47,690 nucleotides of DNA from Candidatus Limnocylindria bacterium (GTDB taxonomy: Bacteria; Chloroflexota; Limnocylindria; QHBO01). The notes below the pieces were generated by a model. The model searched no databases, had not been told where the DNA came from, and saw only the letters and a program-made list of their open reading frames with translations. The position numbers were made by a program, and so were the translations under genes. Positions 1 to 10,125 of the stretch are shown in pieces; positions within the stretch are counted from its first letter, which is position 1, and each line of letters starts with the position of its first letter. Location of the stretch: NCBI GenBank assembly GCA_038322875.1, contig JBBQGI010000005.1:1-47690 (forward strand), in the 5' to 3' direction.

Positions 1-1127
1 TCGCCGGGCGTTCTCCCATCCCGTGCCGATTCCAGGCCCAGGTCGATCAGGCGGGCGATCAGGTCGGGGAAGGCGAGGCCGGCCAGCTCCGCCTGCTTCG
101 GGTACATGCTGGTCGCGGTGAACCCCGGCAAGGTGTTCATCTCGGACAGGTAGACCGCGTCGGGCGGCACGAGGAAATCGACCCGCGCCAGGCCGGCGCA
201 GTCGACCGCCCGATAGGCGGCCAGGGCCAGCTCACCGACACGCGCCGCCAGCTGCGCATCGACGGCGGCGCGCGGCAGGACATCAGCCAGGCCGGGAACG
301 TACTTGGCCTCGTAGTCGTACCACTCGTGGTGGCTGATGACCTCGCCGGGCTCGAAGACGAGCGGCTGGTCGTTGCCGAGCACGCCGCATTCGAGCTCCC
401 GCGCGTTCGGCACATAGGCCTCCACGATCACCTTGCTGTCGTAGCGGAATGCCTCGTCCAGGGCAGCCGCCAACTCATCGGCGGCATGCACCAGCGTCAT
501 GCCCACGCTGCTGCCAAGGCGAGCCGGCTTGACCACCGACCGGTCGCCAACCTCCTCGGCAACCTGGCGCCGGACGCGGTCGGGCGATTCGCGCCACGCT
601 CGGCGGCGGAACCAGGCGTAGCGGACCACGGGCAGCCCATGGCCGCGCATCAGATCCTTGAAAACGACCTTGTCCATGGCCACCGCGCTGGCCATCACCC
701 CGGCGCCCGTATAGGGCACGCCCGCCATCTCCAGGAAGCCCTGCAGCGTGCCGTCCTCGCCGAAGGGACCGTGCAGCACGAGGAAGGCGATGTCGATCGC
801 CTCGGCCAGCGAGCGGAGGACGGCCCGCGGCGTGAGCTCGGCTCGATCGTCGCCGATGGCGACCGGCAGATCGGTATGTTCCCGCAGGAGGGTGGTCTGC
901 TCGGCCGGCGTGGCCGCTCCCAGCAGCTCCGCCAGCGGCTGTGCGTCGAGCATGGGCGCCGGTCCCGCCGGCAGATGCCATCGCCCCTCGCGGTCGATGT
1001 AGACCAGGTACGGCTCGAACCGCTCACGATCGATGGCCCGCAGGACGGCGTCGGCCGAGCTGACGCTCACCTCGTGCTCGGCCGATCGGCCCCCGGCGAA
1101 GATGCCGACCCGCAGGCGCTGGGTCAT
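1..1127 (-). CDS. ddl: D-alanine--D-alanine ligase (3' end runs off window)
   Basis: Not in ORF track. Manual translation from ATG at 1127 gives MTQRLRVGIFAGGRSAEHEVSVSSA..., later LHGPFGEDGTLQG, EWYDYEAKY, RVDF and EMNTLPGFT. ATGA overlap with murB stop. Confidence 0.95.
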   Translation of the reverse strand, partial: MTQRLRVGIFAGGRSAEHEVSVSSADAVLRAIDRERFEPYLVYIDREGRWHLPAGPAPMLDAQPLAELLGAATPAEQTTLLREHTDLPVAIGDDRAELTPRAVLRSLAEAIDIAFLVLHGPFGEDGTLQGFLEMAGVPYTGAGVMASAVAMDKVVFKDLMRGHGLPVVRYAWFRRRAWRESPDRVRRQVAEEVGDRSVVKPARLGSSVGMTLVHAADELAAALDEAFRYDSKVIVEAYVPNARELECGVLGNDQPLVFEPGEVISHHEWYDYEAKYVPGLADVLPRAAVDAQLAARVGELALAAYRAVDCAGLARVDFLVPPDAVYLSEMNTLPGFTATSMYPKQAELAGLAFPDLIARLIDLGLESARDGRTPG

Positions 1128-2068
1128 GTGGCCGCCTCGACGGCCCAGTCGCCCACGAATTCGATCTCGTAGGCGAGCTCCACCCCAGAGTGCACGAGCA
1201 CCCCGGCTCGGACGCGGTCGCCGAGCGCGCGGACGTCCGCCGCCTTCGCGTCGCGGTCGGTCACGATGAAGTTGGCGTGCAGGTCGCTGACCGCGGCCCC
1301 CCCGACGCGCAGCCCCTTCAGCCCGGCGGCCTCGATGAGGCGCCCCGCGTGGTCGCCCGGCGGATTGCGGAAGACGCTTCCCGCGTTCTGGTCGGCGAGC
1401 GGCTGGGTCGCGACCCGCTGTGCCTGGTTGGCTGCCACCTGCCGGGCGATGGTCGCGGAGTCTCCGGCTCGCAGCGAGAGCGTCGCCGCCACGATCAGTT
1501 CGGGGCTGTGCTTGAAGCGCGACTCTCGATAGGCGAAGCCGCACGCATCGGCCTCCAGGGTCGTCTCGCCGTCATCGCGCGGGTCCCAGACCTCCACGAC
1601 GGCCACGACGTCCTTCATCTCGCTGCCGTGCGCCCCGGCGTTGGCCCACACGGCGCCCCCCAGCGTGCCCGGGATGCTGGTGCCGAACTCGAGGCCGACG
1701 AGCCCGGCCGACGCGCAGCGCCGGACCAGGAGCGCCATCGGCGTGCCCGCATCGGCGCGCAGGCGCGCACCGTCGATCGTGACGGCCCGGGCTCGGTTCC
1801 GAATCACGAGGCCACGAATTCCCGCATCCGCCACCACCAGATCGCTCCCATGGCCGAGCACGAAGCAGGCGACCTCCGCGTCGCGCGCCAGGCGCAGCGC
1901 TGCGAGCAGCTCGTCACGGCTGGTGACGGTGGTCAGCCGATCCGCCGGACCGCCGACCCGCAGGGTCGTGATCGGAGCCATCGGCGCGTGCCCCACGACC
2001 TCGATCCCGCGCTCGGCGGCGAGGGCATCGAGACGCGCCAGGCTGGCCGCGCCTGCTGCCGGAGACAT
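1124..2068 (-). CDS. murB: UDP-N-acetylenolpyruvoylglucosamine reductase
   Basis: Motifs TTLRVGGPA, LGHGSDL, IPGTLGGAVWANAGAHG, FAYRES, NAGSVFRNP, HANFIV. ATG at 2068 has GGGAGG upstream (TTG at 2077 is an alternative start). Confidence 0.95.
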   Translation of the reverse strand: MSPAAGAASLARLDALAAERGIEVVGHAPMAPITTLRVGGPADRLTTVTSRDELLAALRLARDAEVACFVLGHGSDLVVADAGIRGLVIRNRARAVTIDGARLRADAGTPMALLVRRCASAGLVGLEFGTSIPGTLGGAVWANAGAHGSEMKDVVAVVEVWDPRDDGETTLEADACGFAYRESRFKHSPELIVAATLSLRAGDSATIARQVAANQAQRVATQPLADQNAGSVFRNPPGDHAGRLIEAAGLKGLRVGGAAVSDLHANFIVTDRDAKAADVRALGDRVRAGVLVHSGVELAYEIEFVGDWAVEAAT

Positions 2069-2073
2069 GGCGC

Positions 2074-3198
2074 TCAACCTCCCGTGCCGGCGAGCGAAGG
2101 GAGCGGTCGTCGCTCCGCCATCGCCAACAGCTCTTCCGCCAACAGCCGCGCCGCGTCAGGACGGGCGAGCCGCAGCGCGGCGGCCGCGATCCCGCTCCGA
2201 CGTGCGTCGTCACGCAGCGCGCTCACCTCGGCGAGCAGCCGCTCGCCGTCAAGGTCCTCGTCGCGAACGATCACCGCCGCGCCCTGGTCGGCGAGCCACG
2301 CGGCGTTGGCCGCCTGGTGACCGGCGGCATGGGGGTACGGCACGAGGATCGATGCCACTCCCACCGCGGCCACCTCGGCGCAGGTCGATGAGCCGGCGCG
2401 GCCCAGCACCAGGTCGCAGGCGACCAGCGCGTCGGCCATCGGATCGGTCAGGAAGGCGATCGGCTGATACCGGTCCTGCAGCCCGGCCGGCAGGCGCGCC
2501 TGCAGGGCCTCGGCGCTGGCGAGCCCGGCAGCCCCGGCAACGTGCAGCACCCGCCAGTCAGGCAGCAGCCGCTCGAGCGCCGCGTCGAGCGCCATGGTGA
2601 TGCGGAGCACCGCCTGTGACCCTCCGAAGACCAGCAGCAGCCGCTCGTTCGGCGCAACGCCGAACGAGGCACGAGCGACCTCGCGATCGATCCCGTCGAA
2701 GGAGCGGATCGGGGTCCCCGAGACGAAGCTGCGCCCCGGAAAGGCGGCCAGGGTCGGCGGAAACGACACCGCCACGCGAGTCGCCATGCGGGCCACTGCG
2801 GCGGTGGCCCGACCGGGCCTCACGTTTCCCTCCCAGAGAAGGCTGGGGATGCCACGCGCGCGAGCAGCCGCGACCAGCGGCAGGGCAAGGTAGCCACCGG
2901 TCGTGAAGAGCGCCGCCGGCCGGAGGCGACCGAGGAGGAGCCATGCCTGGGGTGCCGAGGCAGCCAGCCGAACGGGGTCGAGGACGAGGTGGACGTCGCC
3001 ACGCGCAGTGCGCAGGGAGCGCACCACCAGCTGGTGGTATGACAGCTCGCCACCCGCGACCAGGCTGCGCTCGAGACCGCGCGCCCCGCCGATGTAGCTG
3101 ACCTCAAGCCCGGGCTGCGCGTCGCGCAGTGCCCGTGCGACGGCCAGCGCGGGGTAGATGTGCCCGCCTGTCCCGCCGCCCGACACCGAACACCGCAT
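2074..3198 (-). CDS. murG: Undecaprenyl-PP-MurNAc-pentapeptide GlcNAc transferase
   Basis: GGGTGGHIYPALA, FGGSQA, RAGSST, PYPHAAGHQAANA. Start moved to ATG at 3198. Confidence 0.95.
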   Translation of the reverse strand: MRCSVSGGGTGGHIYPALAVARALRDAQPGLEVSYIGGARGLERSLVAGGELSYHQLVVRSLRTARGDVHLVLDPVRLAASAPQAWLLLGRLRPAALFTTGGYLALPLVAAARARGIPSLLWEGNVRPGRATAAVARMATRVAVSFPPTLAAFPGRSFVSGTPIRSFDGIDREVARASFGVAPNERLLLVFGGSQAVLRITMALDAALERLLPDWRVLHVAGAAGLASAEALQARLPAGLQDRYQPIAFLTDPMADALVACDLVLGRAGSSTCAEVAAVGVASILVPYPHAAGHQAANAAWLADQGAAVIVRDEDLDGERLLAEVSALRDDARRSGIAAAALRLARPDAARLLAEELLAMAERRPLPSLAGTGG

Positions 3199-4363
3199 GA
3201 AGCAATGATCCTGTCTGCGTGGTCTCGCGGGAGATCGACAACAGGATGCCGACCGCCACGAGGTTGATGATGAGGGCCGAGCCACCGTAGCTGATGAACG
3301 GGAGCGGGATGCCGGTGACCGGCAGCAGCGCGGTGACGACCATCATGTTGATGCAGGCCTGGGCGACCAGCCAGGTGGTTATTCCCGCGGCCAGGAGGCC
3401 GGAGAAGGTATCAGGCGCATGGATCGCGATCCGGTATCCCTGGTAGGCCACCATCACGAACAGGGCGAGCACGGTCAGCGTCCCGATCAGCCCCCACTCC
3501 TCGCCGATGATGGCGAAGATGAAGTCGGTCGACGGCGCGGGGAGGTAGAAGAACTTCTGTCGGCTCGCTCCCAGGCCGGCCCCGGTGATCCCGCCCAATG
3601 CCAGCGCCATCAGGGCCTGGACTGCGTTGTATCCGGTGTGCAGGGGATCGCGGAAGGGGTCCAGGAAGCCTTCGATCCGTGCCAGCTGGTAGGACGTGTT
3701 CGACACCATCACGTACGCCGCGCCGACGACCGCGCTGCCGATGGCGCCCAGATAGAAGAGGTTTGCCCCGGCCATGAAGAAGATCGCCAGGGCGGCCGCG
3801 ACGTAGACGCCGGCCGTGCCGAGGTCGGGCTCGAGCGCGATCAACAGGAAGCCGGGGGCGACCAGGATCACGAATGGGATGAGGCCGTTCCAGAAGCTCC
3901 GCACGTCGGTGCCCCGCCGGTCGAGCCAATGCGCCAGGTACAGGCAGACCGCCAGCTTGGCGAGCTCCGCGGGCTGGAAGTTGCCCAGGCCCGGCAGCGA
4001 CAGCCAGCGCCGCGAACCAAAGGCCGCGGTGCCGATCCCCGGGATCAGCACGACCCCCAGCAGGATCATGGTGACGAAGAAGATGGGGATTGCGACATGG
4101 CGCAGCAGGCGGAAGTCGACGCGGCTGGCGGCGACCATGGCGGCCAGCCCCAGGATGGCCCAGATCCCCTGCTGGAATCCCTGGCTGCCGGGGTCCGCGG
4201 TCGAGATATAGGAACGCACGCTCGAAGCCGAGTAGACCATCACGACGCCGATGGCGACCAGCGCAATCACGCCCACCAGGAGCGGATAGGCGACCTGGTG
4301 CCGATCGCGCCGCACCCCGGTTCGGGCTCTGCGCCGGGTTTGGGTGGCGGCGATGGCAGTCAT
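3104..4363 (-). CDS. ftsW: SEDS peptidoglycan glycosyltransferase FtsW
   Basis: Multi-TM protein with VYSASS, RRW, QPAELAK, EPDLGT, TDFIFAIIGEE, PVTGIPLPFISYGGS; dcw position. Confidence 0.95.
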   Translation of the reverse strand: MTAIAATQTRRRARTGVRRDRHQVAYPLLVGVIALVAIGVVMVYSASSVRSYISTADPGSQGFQQGIWAILGLAAMVAASRVDFRLLRHVAIPIFFVTMILLGVVLIPGIGTAAFGSRRWLSLPGLGNFQPAELAKLAVCLYLAHWLDRRGTDVRSFWNGLIPFVILVAPGFLLIALEPDLGTAGVYVAAALAIFFMAGANLFYLGAIGSAVVGAAYVMVSNTSYQLARIEGFLDPFRDPLHTGYNAVQALMALALGGITGAGLGASRQKFFYLPAPSTDFIFAIIGEEWGLIGTLTVLALFVMVAYQGYRIAIHAPDTFSGLLAAGITTWLVAQACINMMVVTALLPVTGIPLPFISYGGSALIINLVAVGILLSISRETTQTGSLLHAVFGVGRRDRRAHLPRAGRRTGTARRAARA

Positions 4364-5799
4364 GCCGTGGGCTCCCGCGCCGGCCGCGGCGCGTCCAGGG
4401 CGCGCACCGCGTCGCGGAATGCGTCGCCGCGCGCCGCGTAGTCATCGAACATGTCGAACGAGGCCGCCGCTGGCGCAAGCACCACCAGGTCGCCGGGCTG
4501 CGCCCACGCTGCCGAGGCGGCAACCGCCTCGGGCATGGAACCGGCCCTCACCACCGGCACGCGGCGCGCGATGAGGCGCTCCAGGCGCTCGGCCGTCTCA
4601 CCGATCAGCACCGCTGCTCGGCAGCGGCTGGCGATCGTGTCCGCCAGAGCGGCGTAGTCGAGACCCTTGTCCTTGCCGCCGCCGATCAGCACCACCTTCG
4701 CCGGGGCGAATGCCTCGAGCGCGGCGATGGCGGCCATCGGAATGGTCGCCTGCGAGTCATTGACCCATCCCACGCCCTGACGGGTCAGCACGCGCTCGAG
4801 TCGATGCGGCACGCCGCCGAAGCCGCGGATGCCGGTCACAATGGCCTCGCTCGAGGCCCCGGCCAGTGACGCTCCAAGGGCGGCGGCCAGGGCATCCGCG
4901 AGGGAGTGGCGCCCAGGAATGGGCACCTCGGCGGCGGCGAGCAGCCGCTCGCCCTGAACGGTGAGCCACCCGTCGCTGAGTCGCGCGGCCACCCAGGGGT
5001 CGGCGGCCTCAAGCCCGTACCAGGTGATCGCAGCCGCGGGGAGACGAGCGGCGAGCTCGCGGCAGCCCGGATCGTCGGCGTTCAGGACGACCCGGCCATG
5101 AACCACGCTGAGCTCCGCCAGGCGCGCCTTCACGGCCCGGTACGCCGCCTCCGTGCCATGCCGATCGAGGTGATCGGCGCCGATGTTGGTGTAGACGGCG
5201 ATCTCGGCGCCACGCGAGATGGTCGGCAGCTGGAGCTCGGAGAGCTCGAGCACGGCCCAGTCGTCAGGCCCGAGGTGCTCGACCTCTTCGATCAGCGGCC
5301 GGCCGATGTTGCCGCCCACAAGGTGCGGCATGTTGGCTGCCTCCAGGATCGCGCCGATCAGCGCGGTGGTGGTGGTCTTGCCCTTGGTGCCGGTCACCGC
5401 CAGCACGTGGGCCTGGGTCAGGCGCAGGAACAGCTCGACCTCGCTGACGAGCTCGACGCCGCGGGCGGTCGCCTCGTTGATGGCGGTGCGCAGCCAGGCA
5501 TCGGTGGTCGGCAGGTACGGTGAGATGCTCGGACTGGTGACCAGCAGATCGGCCGCGGCCAGGAGCGCTCGAGCCTCGTCGGGGGCGACGCCGAGCGCCA
5601 GGCGCACCGGGCGATCGCCGAGCGCATGCACCGCCTCGACCAGCTCCTCCGGCGGACGACGATCGTAGGCGGAGACTTCCGCTCCGGCATCGGCCAGCAG
5701 GCGGGCCACGGCGGTCCCGGAACGGGCCAGCCCGAGCACCAGGGCGTGCCGGCCGCGAAGGTCGGCGAGCGTCGCGATCGGCTGGGTCATGGTCGTCAT
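4360..5799 (-). CDS. murD: UDP-N-acetylmuramoyl-L-alanine--D-glutamate ligase
   Basis: VLGLARSG, VTGTKGKTTT, GGNIG, ELSELQL, DHLDRH, PHRLE, NDSQAT, LAPAAASFDMF. Start at 5799 or 5790. Confidence 0.95.
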   Translation of the reverse strand: MTTMTQPIATLADLRGRHALVLGLARSGTAVARLLADAGAEVSAYDRRPPEELVEAVHALGDRPVRLALGVAPDEARALLAAADLLVTSPSISPYLPTTDAWLRTAINEATARGVELVSEVELFLRLTQAHVLAVTGTKGKTTTTALIGAILEAANMPHLVGGNIGRPLIEEVEHLGPDDWAVLELSELQLPTISRGAEIAVYTNIGADHLDRHGTEAAYRAVKARLAELSVVHGRVVLNADDPGCRELAARLPAAAITWYGLEAADPWVAARLSDGWLTVQGERLLAAAEVPIPGRHSLADALAAALGASLAGASSEAIVTGIRGFGGVPHRLERVLTRQGVGWVNDSQATIPMAAIAALEAFAPAKVVLIGGGKDKGLDYAALADTIASRCRAAVLIGETAERLERLIARRVPVVRAGSMPEAVAASAAWAQPGDLVVLAPAAASFDMFDDYAARGDAFRDAVRALDAPRPAREPTA

Positions 5800-5807
5800 C
5801 GGTCCCG

Positions 5808-6806
5808 CTACAGCCCGTTCACGGTGGCCAGGTAGAGGCTGAAGCCGAGCAGCCCGGCCAGCGCGCCGACAATCCAGAAGCGGACCGTGATCTTCTCCTC
5901 CGCCCATCCGATCAGCTCGAAGTGGTGTTGGAGCGGGGTCATGCGGAAGATCCGTCGCCCGCGGAGCTTGAACGAGGCGACCTGCAGCACCACGCTCATG
6001 ATCACCGCGAAGAAGACGGCGCCGATCACGGCCAGCAGCGGCAGCTGGGCGGTGATGGTCGCCACCACCGCCAGGGTGGCCCCCATCGATAGCGAGCCGG
6101 CGTCGCCAATGAAGAGCTGCGCCGGATGCACGTTGAACCAGAGGAAGCCCATCAGGGCGCCGATGATCAGCGCGCAGAAGACCGCCAGGTTGGGCTGCGC
6201 CGGCTTGCCGCCATGCGTCGCCACCAGGGCGATGAGCAGGTAGGCCACGAAGCTGAAGATGAGGACGCCACCCGCGAGCCCGTCAAGGCCATCGGTCAGG
6301 TTGACGGCGTTGCTGGTCCCCACGATCACGAGGGCCACGAAGAGGACGAAGAGCACGCCGCCGATGATCAGCTCGCCCCCCGGGAACGGCACGGCGATGA
6401 AGGAGATGTTCACGTCGGGGATGGCGAAGTGGCGCTGGATGTAGAAGGCCGCCAGCAGGGCGACCGCCGTCTGCCAGACCAGCTTGAAGCGGCCGCGCAC
6501 CCCGATCCCGGTGTGGATGTTCACGAAGTCGTCGATGGCGCCGAGGATCGCCACGCCGACCAGGGCGAGCATCGGCGTCAGCGTGTAGCCGTCCTCGATC
6601 CGCATCGCCATCGCCAGGAACATGACCACGACGACCAGCAGCATGCCGCCCATCGTCGGCGTGCCCGCCTTGCTGACATGGCCGGGCGGGCCTTCGGAGC
6701 GGATCTGCTTGCCGAAGCCGAGGCGCTGGAGCAGCCGGATGTAGATCGGGGCGAGCAGGACCACGCCGACGAAGGCGGCGAGCAGGGCGACCACGATGGC
6801 AAGCAT
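5808..6806 (-). CDS. mraY: Phospho-N-acetylmuramoyl-pentapeptide transferase
   Basis: KAGTPTMGG, GAIDD, NAVNLTDGLDGLA, FIGDAGS, PLQHHFEL. Confidence 0.96.
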   Translation of the reverse strand: MLAIVVALLAAFVGVVLLAPIYIRLLQRLGFGKQIRSEGPPGHVSKAGTPTMGGMLLVVVVMFLAMAMRIEDGYTLTPMLALVGVAILGAIDDFVNIHTGIGVRGRFKLVWQTAVALLAAFYIQRHFAIPDVNISFIAVPFPGGELIIGGVLFVLFVALVIVGTSNAVNLTDGLDGLAGGVLIFSFVAYLLIALVATHGGKPAQPNLAVFCALIIGALMGFLWFNVHPAQLFIGDAGSLSMGATLAVVATITAQLPLLAVIGAVFFAVIMSVVLQVASFKLRGRRIFRMTPLQHHFELIGWAEEKITVRFWIVGALAGLLGFSLYLATVNGL

Positions 6807-6808
6807 CC

Positions 6809-8266
6809 CTAGCCGTGCCCTCCGCGCTCGGTTACATCTCCGACCAGCGCGGCGACCAGCCGGTCCAGCTCCACGCCGCGCGACCCCTTGACCAGGAGAA
6901 GGTCGCCGATGCCAGGTGCAAGCTCACGCTCGACCACTGCCACGGCCTCATCGGCATCGCGCGCCGTGCTCACGCGATTGAGCCCGGCGGCCAGTGCTGC
7001 ATCGGCGATCCAGCGACCTCGCTCTCCGACGGCCACGAGCGCATCGGCGATGGTGGCGACGCGGCCGCCGACCTCGCGGTGCAGTCGCTCCTCGTCCGGG
7101 CCGAGCTCCAGCATGTCGCCGAGCACCGCGTATCGCGCGCGCCCGGCTGCCACGGGGCTCTCAGCCAGGAAGTCGAGCGCCGCCGCCATCGAGACCGGCG
7201 ATGCGTTGTACGTATCGTCGATGAGGGTCGCTCCGCCCCGCGCCTCGACCAGCGCCATGCGATGCGGCGCCCGGCTGCCATGAGCCAGCGCGGCCTCGAC
7301 CTCGTCGAGCGGAACCCCGAGGTGTTCGCCGACGATGGCGGCGGCCAGTGCGTGCGGCACGAGATGCCTCCCGGGCGTGGCCGAGCGAAGGCGCCGCGTG
7401 CCCCACGGGGCATGGAGCGTGAAGGTCGTGCCGGCAACGCCGTGCGATTCCACATCGGTCGCGCGGACGTCTGCCGTCGGACCGATCCCGAAGGTCCGCA
7501 CCGGAGCGGCGGTCACCCCTCCCATCGCGGCGACGCGTGGATCGTCCGCATTCAGGACCGCCAGACCGTGGGCGGGGAGCGCGGCCGGCAGCTCGGATTT
7601 GGCGCGCGCGATCGCCTCGAGGCTGCCAGCGCGCTCGAGATGGGTAGGGTGCACGGCCAGGACTACGCCAATCTCGGGCTGGGCGATCTCGGCCAGCCGC
7701 GCGATCTCGCCCTCCACGTACATGCTCATCTCGAGGACCGCCACCTCGTGTGCCGGCTCGAGGTTCAACAGAGTCATCGGCAGGCCGGTCTCGCTGTTCA
7801 GGTTGCCCTCGTTGCGCAGGACCTTCAAGTTGCGCGCCAGGACATCGGCCACGATCTCCTTGGCGATCGTCTTGCCGGTCGAGCCGGTGATGCCGACCAC
7901 TCGCGCACTCGACCCCTTTCGCCACCAGGCTGCCAGCTCCTGAAGGGCGGTGAGCGGATCGGCAACCCGCACGACGGCCGGCTGCACGTCGTCCGGCAGG
8001 GTCACGGGGCGAGCCACGATCAGCACCGCGGCGCCGGCTCGCGCTGCCTCCGCGGCGAAGCGATGTCCGTCGTCGCGCTCACCGCGCAGCGCGACGAAGC
8101 AGCAGCCCGGGACGACCTGTCGCGAGTCGACCGCGGCTGAGGCGAAGGAGGTGACGCTCGTACTCCCGAGCAGACGGCCGCCGGTGGCGGTCAGGAGGTC
8201 GTCGAGGCGGATCGACGCTGGCACGCTGCTCCCTGCAGAGGCTTCGGGCGAGTCTACCAGCCTCAT
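6809..8266 (-). CDS. murF: UDP-N-acetylmuramoyl-tripeptide--D-alanyl-D-alanine ligase
   Basis: DSR, FVALRGERDDGH, GITGSTGKT, GNLNSETGLP, DDTYNASP, LGDMLELG, VKGSRG. ATG at 8266 overlaps the ftsI stop (ATGA). Confidence 0.95.
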   Translation of the reverse strand: MRLVDSPEASAGSSVPASIRLDDLLTATGGRLLGSTSVTSFASAAVDSRQVVPGCCFVALRGERDDGHRFAAEAARAGAAVLIVARPVTLPDDVQPAVVRVADPLTALQELAAWWRKGSSARVVGITGSTGKTIAKEIVADVLARNLKVLRNEGNLNSETGLPMTLLNLEPAHEVAVLEMSMYVEGEIARLAEIAQPEIGVVLAVHPTHLERAGSLEAIARAKSELPAALPAHGLAVLNADDPRVAAMGGVTAAPVRTFGIGPTADVRATDVESHGVAGTTFTLHAPWGTRRLRSATPGRHLVPHALAAAIVGEHLGVPLDEVEAALAHGSRAPHRMALVEARGGATLIDDTYNASPVSMAAALDFLAESPVAAGRARYAVLGDMLELGPDEERLHREVGGRVATIADALVAVGERGRWIADAALAAGLNRVSTARDADEAVAVVERELAPGIGDLLLVKGSRGVELDRLVAALVGDVTERGGHG

Positions 8267-10086
8267 TTGGCGGCGACCGGCTGCACGATCCGGTCCGGGG
8301 CGATGGCCAGGTAGTCGAAGATCCGGGGCGCCAGGTTGCGGTACAGGCTCACGGGTGTCTGGGCCATCTTGTACAGGCCCCACGTCACCGGCCGATGGAT
8401 CAGGATCAGCGTCACGTACTGCGGCTGGTCGGCCGGCATGATCGAGATGAACGAGGAGTCGATCCATCCGCGCTGGTAGACGGCGTGCGTCTTCAGCTCG
8501 TAGACCGGTTTGCCGGCGGCATCAGTGCCGACTCGGACCTGCTCCGTCCGCGGTCCCGCCACCTCGGCGGTGCCGGTTTTGCCGGCGATCGAATAGCCAG
8601 GGATCGCCGCCGGCTGCGCGCGACCGTTGTCGACCGCCTCGGTCAGCAGCCGGACCATGGTGTCGGCGGTCTCCTGGCGCATGATCCGCTCCCCCGGCTG
8701 AACCTCGGTGGCGTGGTAGATGCCGTCGGGGCCGGTCCAGCCGGCGATGATATGCGGTGTCACCAAGGTCCCGCCATTGGCGATCGCACAGTAGGCTGCG
8801 ACCAGCTGGACGGCGGTCACGCTGAGACCCTGTCCGAAGGCGTTCTGGGCGGCTGTCAGATCGCCGGTCGCGTTCGGGCCATCGGGATTCCAGACCACGC
8901 CGGAGGCCTCGCCGGCGATGTCCACGCCGGTGGGGCTGCCAAATCCGAATCGCTTGAGCGCCTCATAGAGCGGCTGCCGGCCCAACAGCAGGCCGATCTT
9001 GGCGGCACCGACGTTGTCGGACAGCTTCAGCACGTCGCCAGCGGTGATCTCGCCGTTGCCGTATGGCTTGGTGTATCGATCGGCGTTCTGGATGCGGATC
9101 CCGGAGATCCGAAGGTTGTTGTCGTCAAGGACCGTGGTCTGCAGATTGATCGCGCCGGCGTCCAGCGCGGCAGCGATCGTGAACGCCTTCATCACCGAGC
9201 CGGGCTCGTACTGTCTGCTGACCGCGGGATCGGTGAACAGCCCGGGGTCCGTGCCGGCATAGCTGTTGGCATCAAAGGTCGGGAAGGAGGCCATCGCCAC
9301 GATCGCCCCGGTGTGCACGTCCATCACCAGCCCGGTGACGCCCTGCGCGCGATTCTTCGAGTAGTTGCTCCACATCGCGTCCTCCAGGATGTGCTGGAGA
9401 CCCGCATCGAGCGTCAGCCGGAGGTCGGCACCGTTCACCGGTGGCCGCAGCTCGACGATCGAGTCGGCGATGCGGCGCCCGATCACGTCCTCCTGCGCGC
9501 TGACCGACCCGGGCAGCCCCGCCAGCAGCGCGTCCCTCGCACCCTCGATGCCGTACTGCCCCTGGCCGTCGACGTTGACGAAGCCGAGCAGCTGGGCGGC
9601 CAGGGTGGTGTTCGGCGCAACGCCGCCGACCGGGTAGACCCGCTGGGTCTCGGGCAACATGCCGACGCCGGGAATGGCGAGGGCGGCGACCCGCTCGGCC
9701 ATCTGCGCGTCGACGCGTCGCCGGAGCCAGACCCACGGGCTCTTGCTCGTGAGCCGGGCGCGCATTTCGTTGACATCCATGCCGAGGACCGCCCCGAGCA
9801 AGGTCGCGGCGCTCTCCGGATCGCCACGCTTGGTGGTGGGCGGAATGGCGTAGACCGACTGCACCTGGATCGACGATGCGAGGAGCACTCCGTTGACGTC
9901 GCGGATCTCGCCGCGCTCGGCAGGGATCTCCTCGTTCTGAGCCAGCTGATTGAGCGCCATGGCGGCCACGCGATCACGATCGGCGATCTGCCACCAGACC
10001 AGCCGGCCGCCGACCGCGGTGGCGAGCATGGCCGTGATGATCAGCAGGAACAGGGCGCGGGCACGGCTGTCAGTCCTGGCGAGCAT
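8263..10086 (-). CDS. ftsI: Class B penicillin-binding protein (FtsI/PBP3-like)
   Basis: N-terminal TM, RGEIRD, RVYP, YGIEG. Catalytic motifs EPGSVMK (SxxK), SDN (SxN), KTGT. Confidence 0.92.
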   Translation of the reverse strand: MLARTDSRARALFLLIITAMLATAVGGRLVWWQIADRDRVAAMALNQLAQNEEIPAERGEIRDVNGVLLASSIQVQSVYAIPPTTKRGDPESAATLLGAVLGMDVNEMRARLTSKSPWVWLRRRVDAQMAERVAALAIPGVGMLPETQRVYPVGGVAPNTTLAAQLLGFVNVDGQGQYGIEGARDALLAGLPGSVSAQEDVIGRRIADSIVELRPPVNGADLRLTLDAGLQHILEDAMWSNYSKNRAQGVTGLVMDVHTGAIVAMASFPTFDANSYAGTDPGLFTDPAVSRQYEPGSVMKAFTIAAALDAGAINLQTTVLDDNNLRISGIRIQNADRYTKPYGNGEITAGDVLKLSDNVGAAKIGLLLGRQPLYEALKRFGFGSPTGVDIAGEASGVVWNPDGPNATGDLTAAQNAFGQGLSVTAVQLVAAYCAIANGGTLVTPHIIAGWTGPDGIYHATEVQPGERIMRQETADTMVRLLTEAVDNGRAQPAAIPGYSIAGKTGTAEVAGPRTEQVRVGTDAAGKPVYELKTHAVYQRGWIDSSFISIMPADQPQYVTLILIHRPVTWGLYKMAQTPVSLYRNLAPRIFDYLAIAPDRIVQPVAAK

Positions 10087-10125
10087 GGCTACTCCGCGCC
10101 GACCGGGATGCGCTCCCCGGCCGGA

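Noticed and set aside
300-330. Ddl as a D-Ala-D-Lac (vancomycin-resistance) ligase
   Set aside because: The omega loop reads WYDYEAKY, typical of D-Ala-D-Ala ligases, and the gene sits in the dcw cluster.
5915-5945. MraY HHH motif reads QHH
   Set aside because: I recall this variant in other functional MraY proteins; all catalytic Asp motifs are intact.
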